A program made the position numbers and the translations under genes. Shown piece after piece: positions 36,035-45,523 of a stretch of DNA of 53,266 nt; within the stretch, counting starts at the first letter, position 1, and each line of letters starts with the position of its first letter. The stretch covers positions 1 to 53,266 of the IMG/VR virus record IMGVR_UViG_3300035183_000848; one strand, written 5' to 3'. The notes under the pieces are model-generated. The model saw only the letters and a program-made list of their open reading frames with translations, was not told the origin of the DNA and did not search any database. This DNA is from a virus. Lineage: Duplodnaviria; Caudoviricetes.

Positions 36035-36334
36035 TTAAACAATGCTCCCCATGCCAACGCACGGTGTGTCGGCGGTTACGGTTCCGGTGTTTGTGCCACC
36101 TTGGGCGTCGTTCGTTTGAACCGGCTGGCCAGAAGGAGCTGAAAGGTTCTCCCCAGAGTGGGCCACTGGGACAACGTCGGCGTTGGACTTTATGTCATTG
36201 TAAATGTAAGTCATAATTTGAATCCAAATAGCCTCGACGTTCGCCTTGCTCACCGGAGATCCCGCTTGTGAGAGTGTGTTTTGGTAAAGGTAATCAGCTA
36301 TGGTTTTCCCTATTGGATTTGGGTCAAGTGCCAA
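36035..36334 (-). CDS. Baseplate-region protein (possible spike tip)
   Basis: Position after spike gene. Confidence 0.45.
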   Translation of the reverse strand: MALDPNPIGKTIADYLYQNTLSQAGSPVSKANVEAIWIQIMTYIYNDIKSNADVVPVAHSGENLSAPSGQPVQTNDAQGGTNTGTVTADTPCVGMGSIV

Positions 36335-36335
36335 A

Positions 36336-37055
36336 TTAAACCCCCTTCAAGGTCGTAAGCTTTGCCAAAAGAGTCTGCAGCGTGTTTTCAATTTGCTGGT
36401 ATTGCAAGAAAGCATTCAACTGCTGTGGTCCCATTAATGTGTTAACTGTATCAGTGGATAGTGTTGCACTCAATAGCTGAGCTTGGTCTGTGATCTGAAC
36501 CAAGAGGTCCATGAGTTCGTTTTGGTTGTTCTTTGCGATGAAGGTCCCCGCCTTTTGAACCTTGAGCTGGGCGTTGCCATTGGTCACCACTAGGTCAGTT
36601 GTGTTGTCCTGGGTCTGCTGGTTGAAGGGGTAAAGCCCCGGGATAAAAATGGCATCTGAAATGTCATGGTTCCTTGCGTCTTGGGGATCAACTAGCCCAC
36701 CTTGAACACTCCAAACATCCAAACTTCGGTCACAAAAGAGCGCTATCCCTGTATCCCCCACTGCAACGGGGAGCTTGATTGAGTAGTCTGCACCCATCGG
36801 CATTGCAACCATCACGCTTTGAATGGGCGGCAAGGTAACTACGGTTCCGTCGTAATAACGAGACTTGAGAAGGATTTGAATATCTACCTTCTGATTTCCA
36901 ATCACGTTTACGACCTGGGCAGGCATCCAAACATGCTTTTCAACAAAAGCCGCCTCTATGGCGTTTTTGATCACTTGGTCAAGCGGAAGTGTCTCTGGCG
37001 TATAGTCCTGTGAGTTTGGGTCGTATGGGTCTAGGGTAGGGTAGTTCCATGTCAT
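36336..37055 (-). CDS. Baseplate central spike (Gp138-like)
   Basis: PVAVGDTGIALFCDRSLDVW...RNHDISDAIFIPG. Confidence 0.85.
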   Translation of the reverse strand: MTWNYPTLDPYDPNSQDYTPETLPLDQVIKNAIEAAFVEKHVWMPAQVVNVIGNQKVDIQILLKSRYYDGTVVTLPPIQSVMVAMPMGADYSIKLPVAVGDTGIALFCDRSLDVWSVQGGLVDPQDARNHDISDAIFIPGLYPFNQQTQDNTTDLVVTNGNAQLKVQKAGTFIAKNNQNELMDLLVQITDQAQLLSATLSTDTVNTLMGPQQLNAFLQYQQIENTLQTLLAKLTTLKGV

Positions 37056-38026
37056 GCGAGCAATGCTCCTGGTGACGCGTTACTAGGCAATAAGTTGACA
37101 TTTTGTAAGTTTTGCTGGGCGTTGATCCTTACACAAGTGCACTCAACACCCCAGTGGTTTTCGTGGGTATCACCCTTGTAGTGAGCCTCTCTAATTTTGT
37201 AAAATCCATTTAGGCTAGAGTTTGCAGTCGAGTCGTTTGTCTTGAGCTGGACCAAGGCTCCAGGGACCAACCTTGGATTCAAGATTGAGCTGAACTTTGT
37301 GACAAACGCGTTCTGAGAAGGCACGCCAATCATTCCGGTGTCTGCAGAGACAACGATGGCCTCATTCCCAAGGTGCCCTGTGATGGGGATGATGTTTAAG
37401 TTCCCATTTTGGACGCTCCACTCCAACCCCATTGGCTTTAGGAGCTTGTCCAGTGTCTTTGAACATGGTCCACGTGCCACAAACCCACGGTTAAAAGGAT
37501 TGTTGTTGGTCAAGAAAACTACTCCGTTGCCAATCCCGCTAGGGTTGATTGAGTTCGGAAGGTTCATGGCGTTGGCGATGTCCTTTAAAATTTGTAGTGG
37601 GGTAATCCCAGGGCCATATGACCTATCTAAATTTGCCATGACGATGGATCCTTCCCCATCGCCGCACTCAAGGGTGGTTACAATCTCCGAACCCTCGCGC
37701 TTTGAGCCAATGCCATCGGGAAGAACGTTCCCAATGAAAATAGTGTCAATTAGTGACTGGTAACCTGCCTTCAGCATCACAAGGTAACCTTTTTTTATTG
37801 AGTTACGTGATTGGGAAGACATGTTGTAGATTTCAATCTTTGACTTGTTTGCGCTTCCAACCAAATTCTTGTTGATGTCAAACTTTATCCTGAGCGGCGA
37901 GGGGTTTTTCCCCTGGGTCCCGTACTGGGTTGCGTTCGTCTGGTTTGGAGCCCCAATCAGCAGTACGTAGGCCCTGCCAAAGAGTGGTCCAGGGTTCAAG
38001 AATGGGTTGTACAAATTATAGCTCAT
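37052..38026 (-). CDS. Baseplate hub protein
   Basis: KIEIYNM, LKAGY, IFIG, CGDG, WSVQNG, TGMIGVP. Confidence 0.85.
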   Translation of the reverse strand: MSYNLYNPFLNPGPLFGRAYVLLIGAPNQTNATQYGTQGKNPSPLRIKFDINKNLVGSANKSKIEIYNMSSQSRNSIKKGYLVMLKAGYQSLIDTIFIGNVLPDGIGSKREGSEIVTTLECGDGEGSIVMANLDRSYGPGITPLQILKDIANAMNLPNSINPSGIGNGVVFLTNNNPFNRGFVARGPCSKTLDKLLKPMGLEWSVQNGNLNIIPITGHLGNEAIVVSADTGMIGVPSQNAFVTKFSSILNPRLVPGALVQLKTNDSTANSSLNGFYKIREAHYKGDTHENHWGVECTCVRINAQQNLQNVNLLPSNASPGALLA

Positions 38027-38044
38027 GGCTTTAAGTATTTTACC

Positions 38045-38368
38045 TCATTGTGTTGGATCTGAGTACCACATGCTATGGTTTGTCCCAAAGGAGTCGAGAG
38101 TCGGTTGTGTGTCCTTGTTTGTTTCATCGGTACAGAAGAAGACTCCAGTTGGGATCTGTAGCGTCCTGTATTGGCCGGTTAAATTTCTATTTATAATCAA
38201 AGCTATACCAGACAGGATTTGGTTCCCCGAGGCATCCTGGATGTCCATTATCCAGCGGTCCATCCTTACGTTATAATGAAGATAGAGGGTGTAAATAACC
38301 CCAGACAAGGTCACTCGAAACGAGTAATTCGGCAAATCATTCCTTAAAGGCACCTCAAAAAAACTCAT
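38045..38368 (-). CDS. Small baseplate protein
   Basis: VTLSG..Y.L..HYN.R..RWIMDI.D pattern. Confidence 0.75.
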   Translation of the reverse strand: MSFFEVPLRNDLPNYSFRVTLSGVIYTLYLHYNVRMDRWIMDIQDASGNQILSGIALIINRNLTGQYRTLQIPTGVFFCTDETNKDTQPTLDSFGTNHSMWYSDPTQ

Positions 38369-39081
38369 TGAGAACCTCCTGGTAATTTACTTAATACTTT
38401 TGATAGTCCAGATTGCTCGCCTTCTTGGAATACTGACTTCAAGCTTTCTTGCCCTATATCTTGCTTGTTCGCGGACAATCCAGGGTTTGCGAAAACCGAT
38501 ACCGAAACTGACTGTGGAGTTACCAGCAAAAGTTGCTTTAGAGACACGGTAAACAAGATGCAGTTTCCTGTTTCAGCGTCCCTTGGAACAGAGAGCGAAG
38601 TAATCCACATGTTCTTGTACATCTGTGGAGACAACGAGGTGAGCACATCGACGGGCTGGCCTGACTGCGCAATCCTCAAGATGCTGGCATAGTTTGCCAC
38701 AGACCTCCTGGGGGACTTGGTCAAGGCAGAAAAAAGCGAAAGGGCGCCAGCTGCTCCGATAACGCCTACAGGAGGAAGCAAAGCGGAGGCAGCCGTCACC
38801 CCAACTTCAGTCAAAATGGCTTGCAGCCCACCTATGGGAGAGTCGGTAATAATACCTGTGAGCTGCAAGCTAAACGGCTTCACAATGATGTGGTCGGAGA
38901 TCGTCTTGCCGTTTTCTATGGGAAATTCAGTGGCCGTACAATCTTGTTGGTGGGTTTCTTTTATTGAGGCGTCAAACGTAATGAGAGTGCCCCCGTTTTG
39001 CTTGAACTGAACCCTAGTTTTACCTGATAGCAGTGAGGACAGTGTCTGGCCGCCTACCGCGGCTATTCCTGTGATTGCCAT
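38365..39081 (-). CDS. Dit-like tail tube initiator
   Basis: DASIKETH....TEFPIENG..ISDHII.KP; YKNMWITSL. Confidence 0.8.
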   Translation of the reverse strand: MAITGIAAVGGQTLSSLLSGKTRVQFKQNGGTLITFDASIKETHQQDCTATEFPIENGKTISDHIIVKPFSLQLTGIITDSPIGGLQAILTEVGVTAASALLPPVGVIGAAGALSLFSALTKSPRRSVANYASILRIAQSGQPVDVLTSLSPQMYKNMWITSLSVPRDAETGNCILFTVSLKQLLLVTPQSVSVSVFANPGLSANKQDIGQESLKSVFQEGEQSGLSKVLSKLPGGSQ

Positions 39082-40622
39082 TAGTACGCCACCGTGGGTT
39101 TAAGGGAGCGATTCACCTCCCGGCTGACCCGATCCAAGTGCTCTCGGATTCCATCCTTGACGCTTTGGTGGACCTCTTTGTGGTCCACTCCCGCTGGGAC
39201 ATTGATGGTGACCGGAGCGTTGATCTGGTTGGTTTGAACGACCGAGTTGTCTGAGCTTTCCGTAGTCCCGAAATAAGACTTATCGGTCGGAGCAGACGCG
39301 GGTAGGTTTTGAAATCCGCCTGCGACCTTGGCCACCGGAGATTCTTCTGGGGTATTTAGACCAAACAAACTTCCAATAGAACCTGCTATGGCTTTAAACT
39401 TTTCGGATGCCGAATCGAATAACTTGCCAAATCCTTCCCCAGTGGAAAGAAAGTTCATGACCTTTACAATCGCATCTCCGATTGAGTTCAAGAAGCTTTC
39501 AATCGGCTTCAAAACCCCAAGCCAATCTAGCCACTGGCTAAGCCATCCTTTTTCGCCATGGAGTGCCGCCCATAGCTCTTGGACTGCCAAAACAACGGCT
39601 CCAATGCCCAAGATCCAAGGTGTAAGGGGATTTGCCAAGAGCAATCCATTGAAAAATTTAAACCCTTCGGCAAGTAATCCTACCGAGCCCTTGAGTTTGT
39701 CAAAAGCCAAGGTTGCAGCAATGATGGCGCCTGCAATAGCCCCTATGGTCTCAACAAATCGAAAGAGGGTCTTGTGCTCTTCAGCAAACCTTTGGATGAC
39801 CTTGATCATGCCTTCAATGACGCCAAACAAGAACCCAAGGCCATAGATAAACTTCTTAATCCACTCCTCGATATCCACTTTCACGAGCTCTAGATTGGCT
39901 TTCCAGAAATCAAGGATCCTATTTACGATATAAGTCAACTCTGGGGCAAAGATTGATGCCATCCAGGCACTGATGCCCTTCATCGCGGCCCAAAGCTTTT
40001 GGAAGGCATGCTCAACTTCAACGAGTGCCTCGAGCTGCTCCTCTGAGAGGATGGCCCCTAGTTTTTCTGCCTCCTCACCAGTGCGCTTGATGGCGTCTGG
40101 ACCTTGGGAGATCCAACCCACCATGGTGCGGCTGCCTCGGCCCATGAGCTGGGTTGAGATTGCGGCTTTCTTGGAGAAATCATCTATGTTCTGAAACTTC
40201 TGTGAAAGCGCCAAGAGCACTTGGTCTGCAGTCTTGAAGTTTTGAATTTGCAGGGCATTGAAGCCAGCTTCCTGGAAAGCCTTTTGGGCCTCTGCGCTGC
40301 CTTGCTTTGCCATGTAGAGGTTTCTAGACAACTTGAACATCGCGGCCGACATCTCTTCTTGAGAGACGGCAGACTGTTTGGCAGAAAAGGCCAACTTTTG
40401 AAACTCCTCAGCCGTGACGCCAATGCTTTGGGCTGCGACGTGGATTTCCTCTGCGAAGTGGGCAAACTTTTCAACCAGCTCATAGATGCCCTTGGCCACT
40501 TCCATTGCAGCCAGAAACTCCAAGCGCCTCTTTATGCCCTCGAGTTGCTCTTCAAGGTGGTGGAGCTTCTCTTTGCCTTCAATGTCAAATCCAATTTTGA
40601 CGAGCAGTTCTTTCAGGTTCAT
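39081..40622 (-). CDS. Tape measure protein
   Basis: LKELLVKIGFD N-terminus, helical Ala-rich, follows chaperones. Confidence 0.85.
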   Translation of the reverse strand: MNLKELLVKIGFDIEGKEKLHHLEEQLEGIKRRLEFLAAMEVAKGIYELVEKFAHFAEEIHVAAQSIGVTAEEFQKLAFSAKQSAVSQEEMSAAMFKLSRNLYMAKQGSAEAQKAFQEAGFNALQIQNFKTADQVLLALSQKFQNIDDFSKKAAISTQLMGRGSRTMVGWISQGPDAIKRTGEEAEKLGAILSEEQLEALVEVEHAFQKLWAAMKGISAWMASIFAPELTYIVNRILDFWKANLELVKVDIEEWIKKFIYGLGFLFGVIEGMIKVIQRFAEEHKTLFRFVETIGAIAGAIIAATLAFDKLKGSVGLLAEGFKFFNGLLLANPLTPWILGIGAVVLAVQELWAALHGEKGWLSQWLDWLGVLKPIESFLNSIGDAIVKVMNFLSTGEGFGKLFDSASEKFKAIAGSIGSLFGLNTPEESPVAKVAGGFQNLPASAPTDKSYFGTTESSDNSVVQTNQINAPVTINVPAGVDHKEVHQSVKDGIREHLDRVSREVNRSLKPTVAY

Positions 40623-40843
40623 TTTTTAGCTCTCTCCATCGCGGCTCTCTGAAGCTCCGCTTGGATATCAAGCGCTTCATGAGAGTCCATTAGGTCATCG
40701 ATGGTCCACTTATATTTTACGTTTGTAAGCGAATCCATTCCAGCTAATACTGGCCTCCAGATCGCCCATTTTACGTTAGACTGGATTGACTCTACTTGAG
40801 AACTCCCCGCAGCTTGGTTAGCGCGAGGAGTTCTTCGAAAAAA
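40619..40843 (-). CDS. Tail assembly chaperone GT extension via -1 frameshift
   Basis: Slippery T-TTT-TTC (40837-40843); -1 frame reads ...WAIWRPVLAG...WTIDDLMDSHEALD... to a TGA overlapping the TMP ATG. Confidence 0.8.
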   Translation of the reverse strand, partial: FFRRTPRANQAAGSSQVESIQSNVKWAIWRPVLAGMDSLTNVKYKWTIDDLMDSHEALDIQAELQRAAMERAKK

Positions 40844-41220
40844 TTACCGTATTGCACCTCCAGATTTGCTTTTACAACCTTGAAGCAATGCATGAGCCGG
40901 TCTTGGTAGTGGTGGTCAAAAATTATTTTCTTGCCTCCGCAGAACACTTTTTCACTGCAGAGTTTTTTGATGATTGGCTTGGTTTTTTCCTTGGTGCAGT
41001 TGTGGAGTAACGATTCAAAAACCTTGCCCATTAAATCTGGGTCAATTTCCTTGCTCAATCCATCTTTGCCAAAGATAGCTGCGACTGCCATACCAAGCGG
41101 TTTCCCAACCATGCTTGACAGGTCAATCAAAGTGTCGAGAGATTCCTCTGCGCCCCATTTTTCAAACTCGTAAGCTTCACCGTCGATTTTGACCTCAAAG
41201 AGGCCATTGGCGTTCTTCAT
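40792..41220 (-). CDS. Tail assembly chaperone G
   Basis: Between tube and TMP; ends with LEVQYGNFF. Confidence 0.8.
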   Translation of the reverse strand: MKNANGLFEVKIDGEAYEFEKWGAEESLDTLIDLSSMVGKPLGMAVAAIFGKDGLSKEIDPDLMGKVFESLLHNCTKEKTKPIIKKLCSEKVFCGGKKIIFDHHYQDRLMHCFKVVKANLEVQYGNFFEELLALTKLRGVLK

Positions 41221-41227
41221 ACTTTTC

Positions 41228-41270
41228 CTCCTAACTACTAGTTGTAATACAAATTAGTAGTTATTAGGAG
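41228..41270 (-). promoter_or_regulatory. Hairpin covering the chaperone RBS
   Basis: TAACTACTA/TAGTAGTTA extended by CTCCT/AGGAG pairing. Confidence 0.5.
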
Positions 41271-41689
41271 TTATTTCCACCGACAAACATTTCAAGGTCA
41301 TCAGTTTCAAAAACCCAAGTTCTGGTTGTAACTTCTTTGGCGAACTCAACATCAGGGAGCTTTTGAACCCAGGCAGTCAATGCAGTTGCTAGAGTGGTGC
41401 CGTTGTTGTCCCTCAAGAGAATCGGCACAACTCCTGCGTTTGACAACTGGTCGGCGCTGGAATAAGCAGAAAGCACGTCATTGAAAGATGAGGACTGCAT
41501 GAGGGTGATTTCGAATTTACCTGATTTGTTGTTGTTTTTTGAACGGGTACCTTCGCCATCAACGCCGACCTTGAGATTGTAGGCCTGCTCATTTCGCATT
41601 GCCTTGATGAAGGTTCCATCGGCAAACCCATGTGCAATCTTGCCACCTACAATCATGCTCACGTTCTTTGGGTCATATTGCAAAACCAT
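41264..41689 (-). CDS. Tail tube protein (DUF3277-like)
   Basis: YDPKNV..GFADGTFI..VGVDGE..SGKFEITLMQSS. Confidence 0.85.
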   Translation of the reverse strand: MVLQYDPKNVSMIVGGKIAHGFADGTFIKAMRNEQAYNLKVGVDGEGTRSKNNNKSGKFEITLMQSSSFNDVLSAYSSADQLSNAGVVPILLRDNNGTTLATALTAWVQKLPDVEFAKEVTTRTWVFETDDLEMFVGGNNS

Positions 41690-41703
41690 TTTGTCAGTCC
41701 TCC

Positions 41704-43056
41704 TTAAACAGTAACTGTTCCGTTGACTTGTACGGCATTAATTGCTCCAGACAAGCGACAAGAGAAGCTAATCGTTGGCGCAACTCTGTTTGCCCGTTGA
41801 GTCAATGGCACAGAGAGCACCGATGGAGCGCTGATTGTGATTGGCGAATCGCCATCAATTAGTCCATTTACGACACCTTGGTCTATTGCGGATTTCACTG
41901 CTGACAACAAGATGCCCACACCTTTGTCGGTGTAGGGGATTTTTGAGACCGAGGTGATTGACTGAAAAATATTTGTTTGAAGCGTGCTAACCAACCAGTC
42001 AATGCCAATCGTAATGTCAATGTATTGGCCTCCGACCATCAACCCCATCTGGGTGATGTTTTTCCCCCCAACCGTGGTGTAGATGTTCCCGTTTTTACCT
42101 GCAACTTGGGCAATGGGGTCACCAATTATGTTGCCAATTGCGGTGTCAGTAAGGTTGTCTGGGGATATCCCAACTAGGCTTTGAAAAGCCCAGTTGTTGG
42201 AGCCTGGAACTTGAGGGAGTTGACCACCCATCCAAGCTGCCTCGATCCCTTTGTTGTAGCTCAATGGTGAGTACATCAGGGCTGTCCTGGTGTAGGAAAG
42301 GCCTTTTAAAACCGATAAAATATCTGTGTTGCTCGACAATGGGATGCCAGAGTCATTCGATGCTGCGATGAAGATTTTCTTCAAGGTTTCGACGTAGGCT
42401 GCAAGCTGCAAGATGTCAGAGTCTGCATTTGAGCAAAGAGCAATCCCATACCAAGAGTTGTTTTCTGCAATGATATTTTGGAGGTCGTTTACGATGCCGT
42501 TGTTTGGGGTAACCAAGGCATGGGTCAAATCACTGTCTACCGCTGAGTAACTCACCCCTTGTCCTGCTGTGGAGGAAGTCAAGGTCAAGAGCGCTCCGCC
42601 ACCACTTCCAGTAACTGCCCCAGTTACAGGGGGGTTGGTTGGGAATGCGGTGTTAATTGCAGCGAGCAGGGCGGTCAAAATTGATTGCTGGGTGTCGCTC
42701 CCACTTGAAGTATAGCTGATGATAGTTCCGTTCAGGGTAAACTTGTATTGGTGTGAGCTCACTAAGTTGTTCACTGCGAAGGTGTCAACTTGGGCCACGG
42801 CTGGAGTGCGGTGACCAACGAAAAACTGTGTTGGTTTCAAGGGCTGATCAAATAATTCGAGCGCGTATTCATACTCTGGGTCTGAGGTAGTGAATCCATC
42901 GGTCAACATCGCTGCTGGGCTAAAATAAGAGTGAACATAGTCACTCCAACCAGCATCAGTTGGCCCTATAATGAGAGGAATTGAAAAACTCGTCTGAGGC
43001 ACAGCCTGAGTTTGCTGTGAAATGTTGATGTTGATAATATTGTCTATGGATGCCAT
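41704..43056 (-). CDS. Tail sheath protein (DUF3383)
   Basis: PGSNNWAF..L.G, GQYIDI..GIDWL, KIPYTDKG, LSGAI..V.V.G. Confidence 0.9.
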   Translation of the reverse strand: MASIDNIININISQQTQAVPQTSFSIPLIIGPTDAGWSDYVHSYFSPAAMLTDGFTTSDPEYEYALELFDQPLKPTQFFVGHRTPAVAQVDTFAVNNLVSSHQYKFTLNGTIISYTSSGSDTQQSILTALLAAINTAFPTNPPVTGAVTGSGGGALLTLTSSTAGQGVSYSAVDSDLTHALVTPNNGIVNDLQNIIAENNSWYGIALCSNADSDILQLAAYVETLKKIFIAASNDSGIPLSSNTDILSVLKGLSYTRTALMYSPLSYNKGIEAAWMGGQLPQVPGSNNWAFQSLVGISPDNLTDTAIGNIIGDPIAQVAGKNGNIYTTVGGKNITQMGLMVGGQYIDITIGIDWLVSTLQTNIFQSITSVSKIPYTDKGVGILLSAVKSAIDQGVVNGLIDGDSPITISAPSVLSVPLTQRANRVAPTISFSCRLSGAINAVQVNGTVTV

Positions 43057-43066
43057 TTTTCCCCCC

Positions 43067-43651
43067 TTAGGTTACCACTTCCGAAACATTCTCTTGAGAA
43101 TTTCCAATATCTACTGTCCCTTGTACAGGCACTGTGTCGATCTCGCCAGTGTCGGATTGTGTGTTCACTGCGATACCGAAAGTGCAATCCATGTGCGCTC
43201 TGCCTTCATAACCAGTATTCAGCAATTGAGACAAATCCGCAACATTTCCGATAGTCCAAACTGCTATTCCAACTCTTCTCAAGTTTTCTTGGACATCTTC
43301 TCGATCAAGCCCGCACTGCCATGCGGTCATATAGTTATAAGCTTCTTCATGGGTATTTCCATAACAATCAAACGAAACTGACATTCTCCTGACTCCACCG
43401 GAATTTACCACGGTGGTTGGGTTGCCTTGGTTGTCTAATACTGGGTCCTTTGAGTCATCGCCAAACTTTGAAGCAGGAGTTGTGAATTTGAAAGAGAAGT
43501 ATGGCTTTGTTGGCCTTGGCTCGTTCTGAACCTCAGGCTCCGCCAAGATGGCGTGCTGGCTATCGAGACCGCAAACTCTGATGATTTCCTTGTAGATGGA
43601 CTTTCTCGCGATATTAAAGTCAAACCCTAGGTTGCTTTTAGGTATTGGCAC
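43067..43651 (-). CDS. Tail terminator/neck protein
   Basis: PRPTKPY, YEGRA..D..F; position. Confidence 0.7.
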   Translation of the reverse strand: MPIPKSNLGFDFNIARKSIYKEIIRVCGLDSQHAILAEPEVQNEPRPTKPYFSFKFTTPASKFGDDSKDPVLDNQGNPTTVVNSGGVRRMSVSFDCYGNTHEEAYNYMTAWQCGLDREDVQENLRRVGIAVWTIGNVADLSQLLNTGYEGRAHMDCTFGIAVNTQSDTGEIDTVPVQGTVDIGNSQENVSEVVT

Positions 43652-43669
43652 TAAATATCTCCGAAAGAA

Positions 43670-44068
43670 TCATGGGGTTGCTGCGTAAGGACCAACGTCG
43701 ATCCTCATTATTCTGGCCCTCGAGAACGATCCCCAGTTCTCAACTGATTGGACCTGGTACTCGCCTCCTAGCCGCGACAACCTGTCGTTAACTATTATTG
43801 AGGTTGGATTGGTCTCAATCTCCAATCCCTCGTCGATTATTATAGAGGAGTTGTTGTAATATATCCAGTATTGCTCCTTGAAACGATCACCCTCTGGAAC
43901 GAGCAATAAATCCCTTCCATTTACTGGCTGAATATTTCCTTTAACCTTTAAGGTTAATAAATTTTTCTTAACTGGCTTCCCATCGACGATTATGACTTGG
44001 CCCTCTCGTGTGACCTTGAAAGTTTCGTCATGGGTTATGATTTGAGATTTTCCCTGGAGCTTGATCAT
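43670..44068 (-). CDS. Head closure protein
   Basis: IQPV.G.DL..VPEG.R; position. Confidence 0.7.
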   Translation of the reverse strand: MIKLQGKSQIITHDETFKVTREGQVIIVDGKPVKKNLLTLKVKGNIQPVNGRDLLLVPEGDRFKEQYWIYYNNSSIIIDEGLEIETNPTSIIVNDRLSRLGGEYQVQSVENWGSFSRARIMRIDVGPYAATP

Positions 44069-44577
44069 TCTACATTCACCTTGAAGGTCACAGACCTGAG
44101 CAAGAGCTCTGACTCCCTCAATGTACTGGTGTGACCAACACGCTTTCTCTTTTGTTCTTGAAGGGAGGCGATCCTTGCTTCGCTGTTTGGCTTCAATCCC
44201 GTGCCGTATGGTGGAGGCACGTTTGACTTTATCTTGTTCTGTATGAGGCTTTGAACATAGAGGCCAATTGCCTCGAGTGCCTTTTCCTTGCTCCAGCCCT
44301 TGGTCAAAATGTTCTCTATCATCTTCTCACGCATGGCGTTTATCGAAGATTCATGCTCATCGACAGTCGAACGTATGAAAGAGCGCTCTGGGATTTTTGT
44401 TGTCCCAAACTCTTGGAACAAAGCAACCTCAACCACAGAAATTTCTCCCTTGGAGTATGAGCCCGCGTCTTCGTGTATTCCAATTGATACATAGGCGCCC
44501 TTGCCTGAGAAGTTTTTCTTAAGCTTTTCCCAATTTGGGTTTTTCTTTTCAATAATTTTAGCAGAAGCCCTTATCAT
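44065..44577 (-). CDS. Neck/tail-completion protein
   Basis: VALFQEFGT.KIPERSFIR, L..S..L..SVT. Confidence 0.75.
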   Translation of the reverse strand: MIRASAKIIEKKNPNWEKLKKNFSGKGAYVSIGIHEDAGSYSKGEISVVEVALFQEFGTTKIPERSFIRSTVDEHESSINAMREKMIENILTKGWSKEKALEAIGLYVQSLIQNKIKSNVPPPYGTGLKPNSEARIASLQEQKRKRVGHTSTLRESELLLRSVTFKVNVE

Positions 44578-44771
44578 TGGAGTATGGCCTCTAAGGCGCA
44601 CTGGACATGCCACTGTGACTTGAACAACCTTCGACGATAGCCTTCTTCCATCAAGTTGTAGATTTCTATAACCTCTCCAACAAAGGTCATTTCCCCTGGC
44701 TTAAGCTTGAAGGCGCAAAGGTGGCACCTCTGTGAATCAAAGAACATCCAAGAGAGCTCGTTTTGGCTCAA
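44574..44771 (-). CDS. Small Zn-finger-like protein
   Basis: CHLC...HVQC; start uncertain (TTG 44771 preferred). Confidence 0.45.
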   Translation of the reverse strand: MSQNELSWMFFDSQRCHLCAFKLKPGEMTFVGEVIEIYNLMEEGYRRRLFKSQWHVQCALEAILQ

Positions 44772-45229
44772 TCCTCGTTTAGCAAAAATAGGCTTGCTTC
44801 TGTTTGTGTTGTCCATGGGGCTATTTGCTCATTCTCCATCATGTGTTTCTTGAAGTCTGGTTTCACCCTATCGGTGTTTTGGTTGACGGTGATTTTGTCA
44901 GAGATAGAAATGCCCCCAGCGTAAGGAGTTGCGTCCTCTGTTGCAAGGCGCGTCTTCAGCATCGTCAAGAGCTTCATGTAGCCTTCGGCCTTTTGCTTGA
45001 ACTCGATTCGAACTTGGCCAACGGTCTCATTGGCTAGCCTAGAGAATTTGCCAACCACGCTCTCACAGCAGCGGATGGCCGCATTGATGGGTGAATTGTT
45101 GTACTTGGAAAGCACCCAAACAATCTCTTCGTCTTGCAAGAGTGGGTCGGTGCTATCGGTGTCGCCAATCAGAAATCGAACTTGGTCCTTTGGGGTACTG
45201 CCTGGATTGAAGCTATATGACCAAGACAC
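44768..45229 (-). CDS. Head-tail adaptor
   Basis: KDQVRFLIGDTD..LLQDEEI, PYAGGIS.SDK. Confidence 0.8.
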   Translation of the reverse strand: MSWSYSFNPGSTPKDQVRFLIGDTDSTDPLLQDEEIVWVLSKYNNSPINAAIRCCESVVGKFSRLANETVGQVRIEFKQKAEGYMKLLTMLKTRLATEDATPYAGGISISDKITVNQNTDRVKPDFKKHMMENEQIAPWTTQTEASLFLLNED

Positions 45230-45243
45230 GGATCCCTCCTTGG

Positions 45244-45516
45244 CTACTCCTTGTGCTTGGAGGAGCGATGAATCTTAAGCGCGTGGTTTGACTTGAAACT
45301 TTTTTCACAGATGGAGCACTCAAAGCCATGCTTCTTAACCTCCATCCCATTGGGGGTTTTACCCCCAATCTCAACTACATACTCTAAATTGAGGTGGGAC
45401 CTCTTTTGAACCTCACCCCAATTTTCAAATCCAATTACTTCTTCACCTGGGTTGAAGGTCGTCACCCGGTTGTCCCGACCAACGACCTTCAATTGTTTTT
45501 TTGCAATGAACATCAA
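45244..45516 (-). CDS. Small protein with C-terminal C2H2 zinc finger
   Basis: FECSICEKSFKSNHALKIHRSSKH. Confidence 0.7.
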   Translation of the reverse strand: MMFIAKKQLKVVGRDNRVTTFNPGEEVIGFENWGEVQKRSHLNLEYVVEIGGKTPNGMEVKKHGFECSICEKSFKSNHALKIHRSSKHKE

Positions 45517-45523
45517 ACACCAA

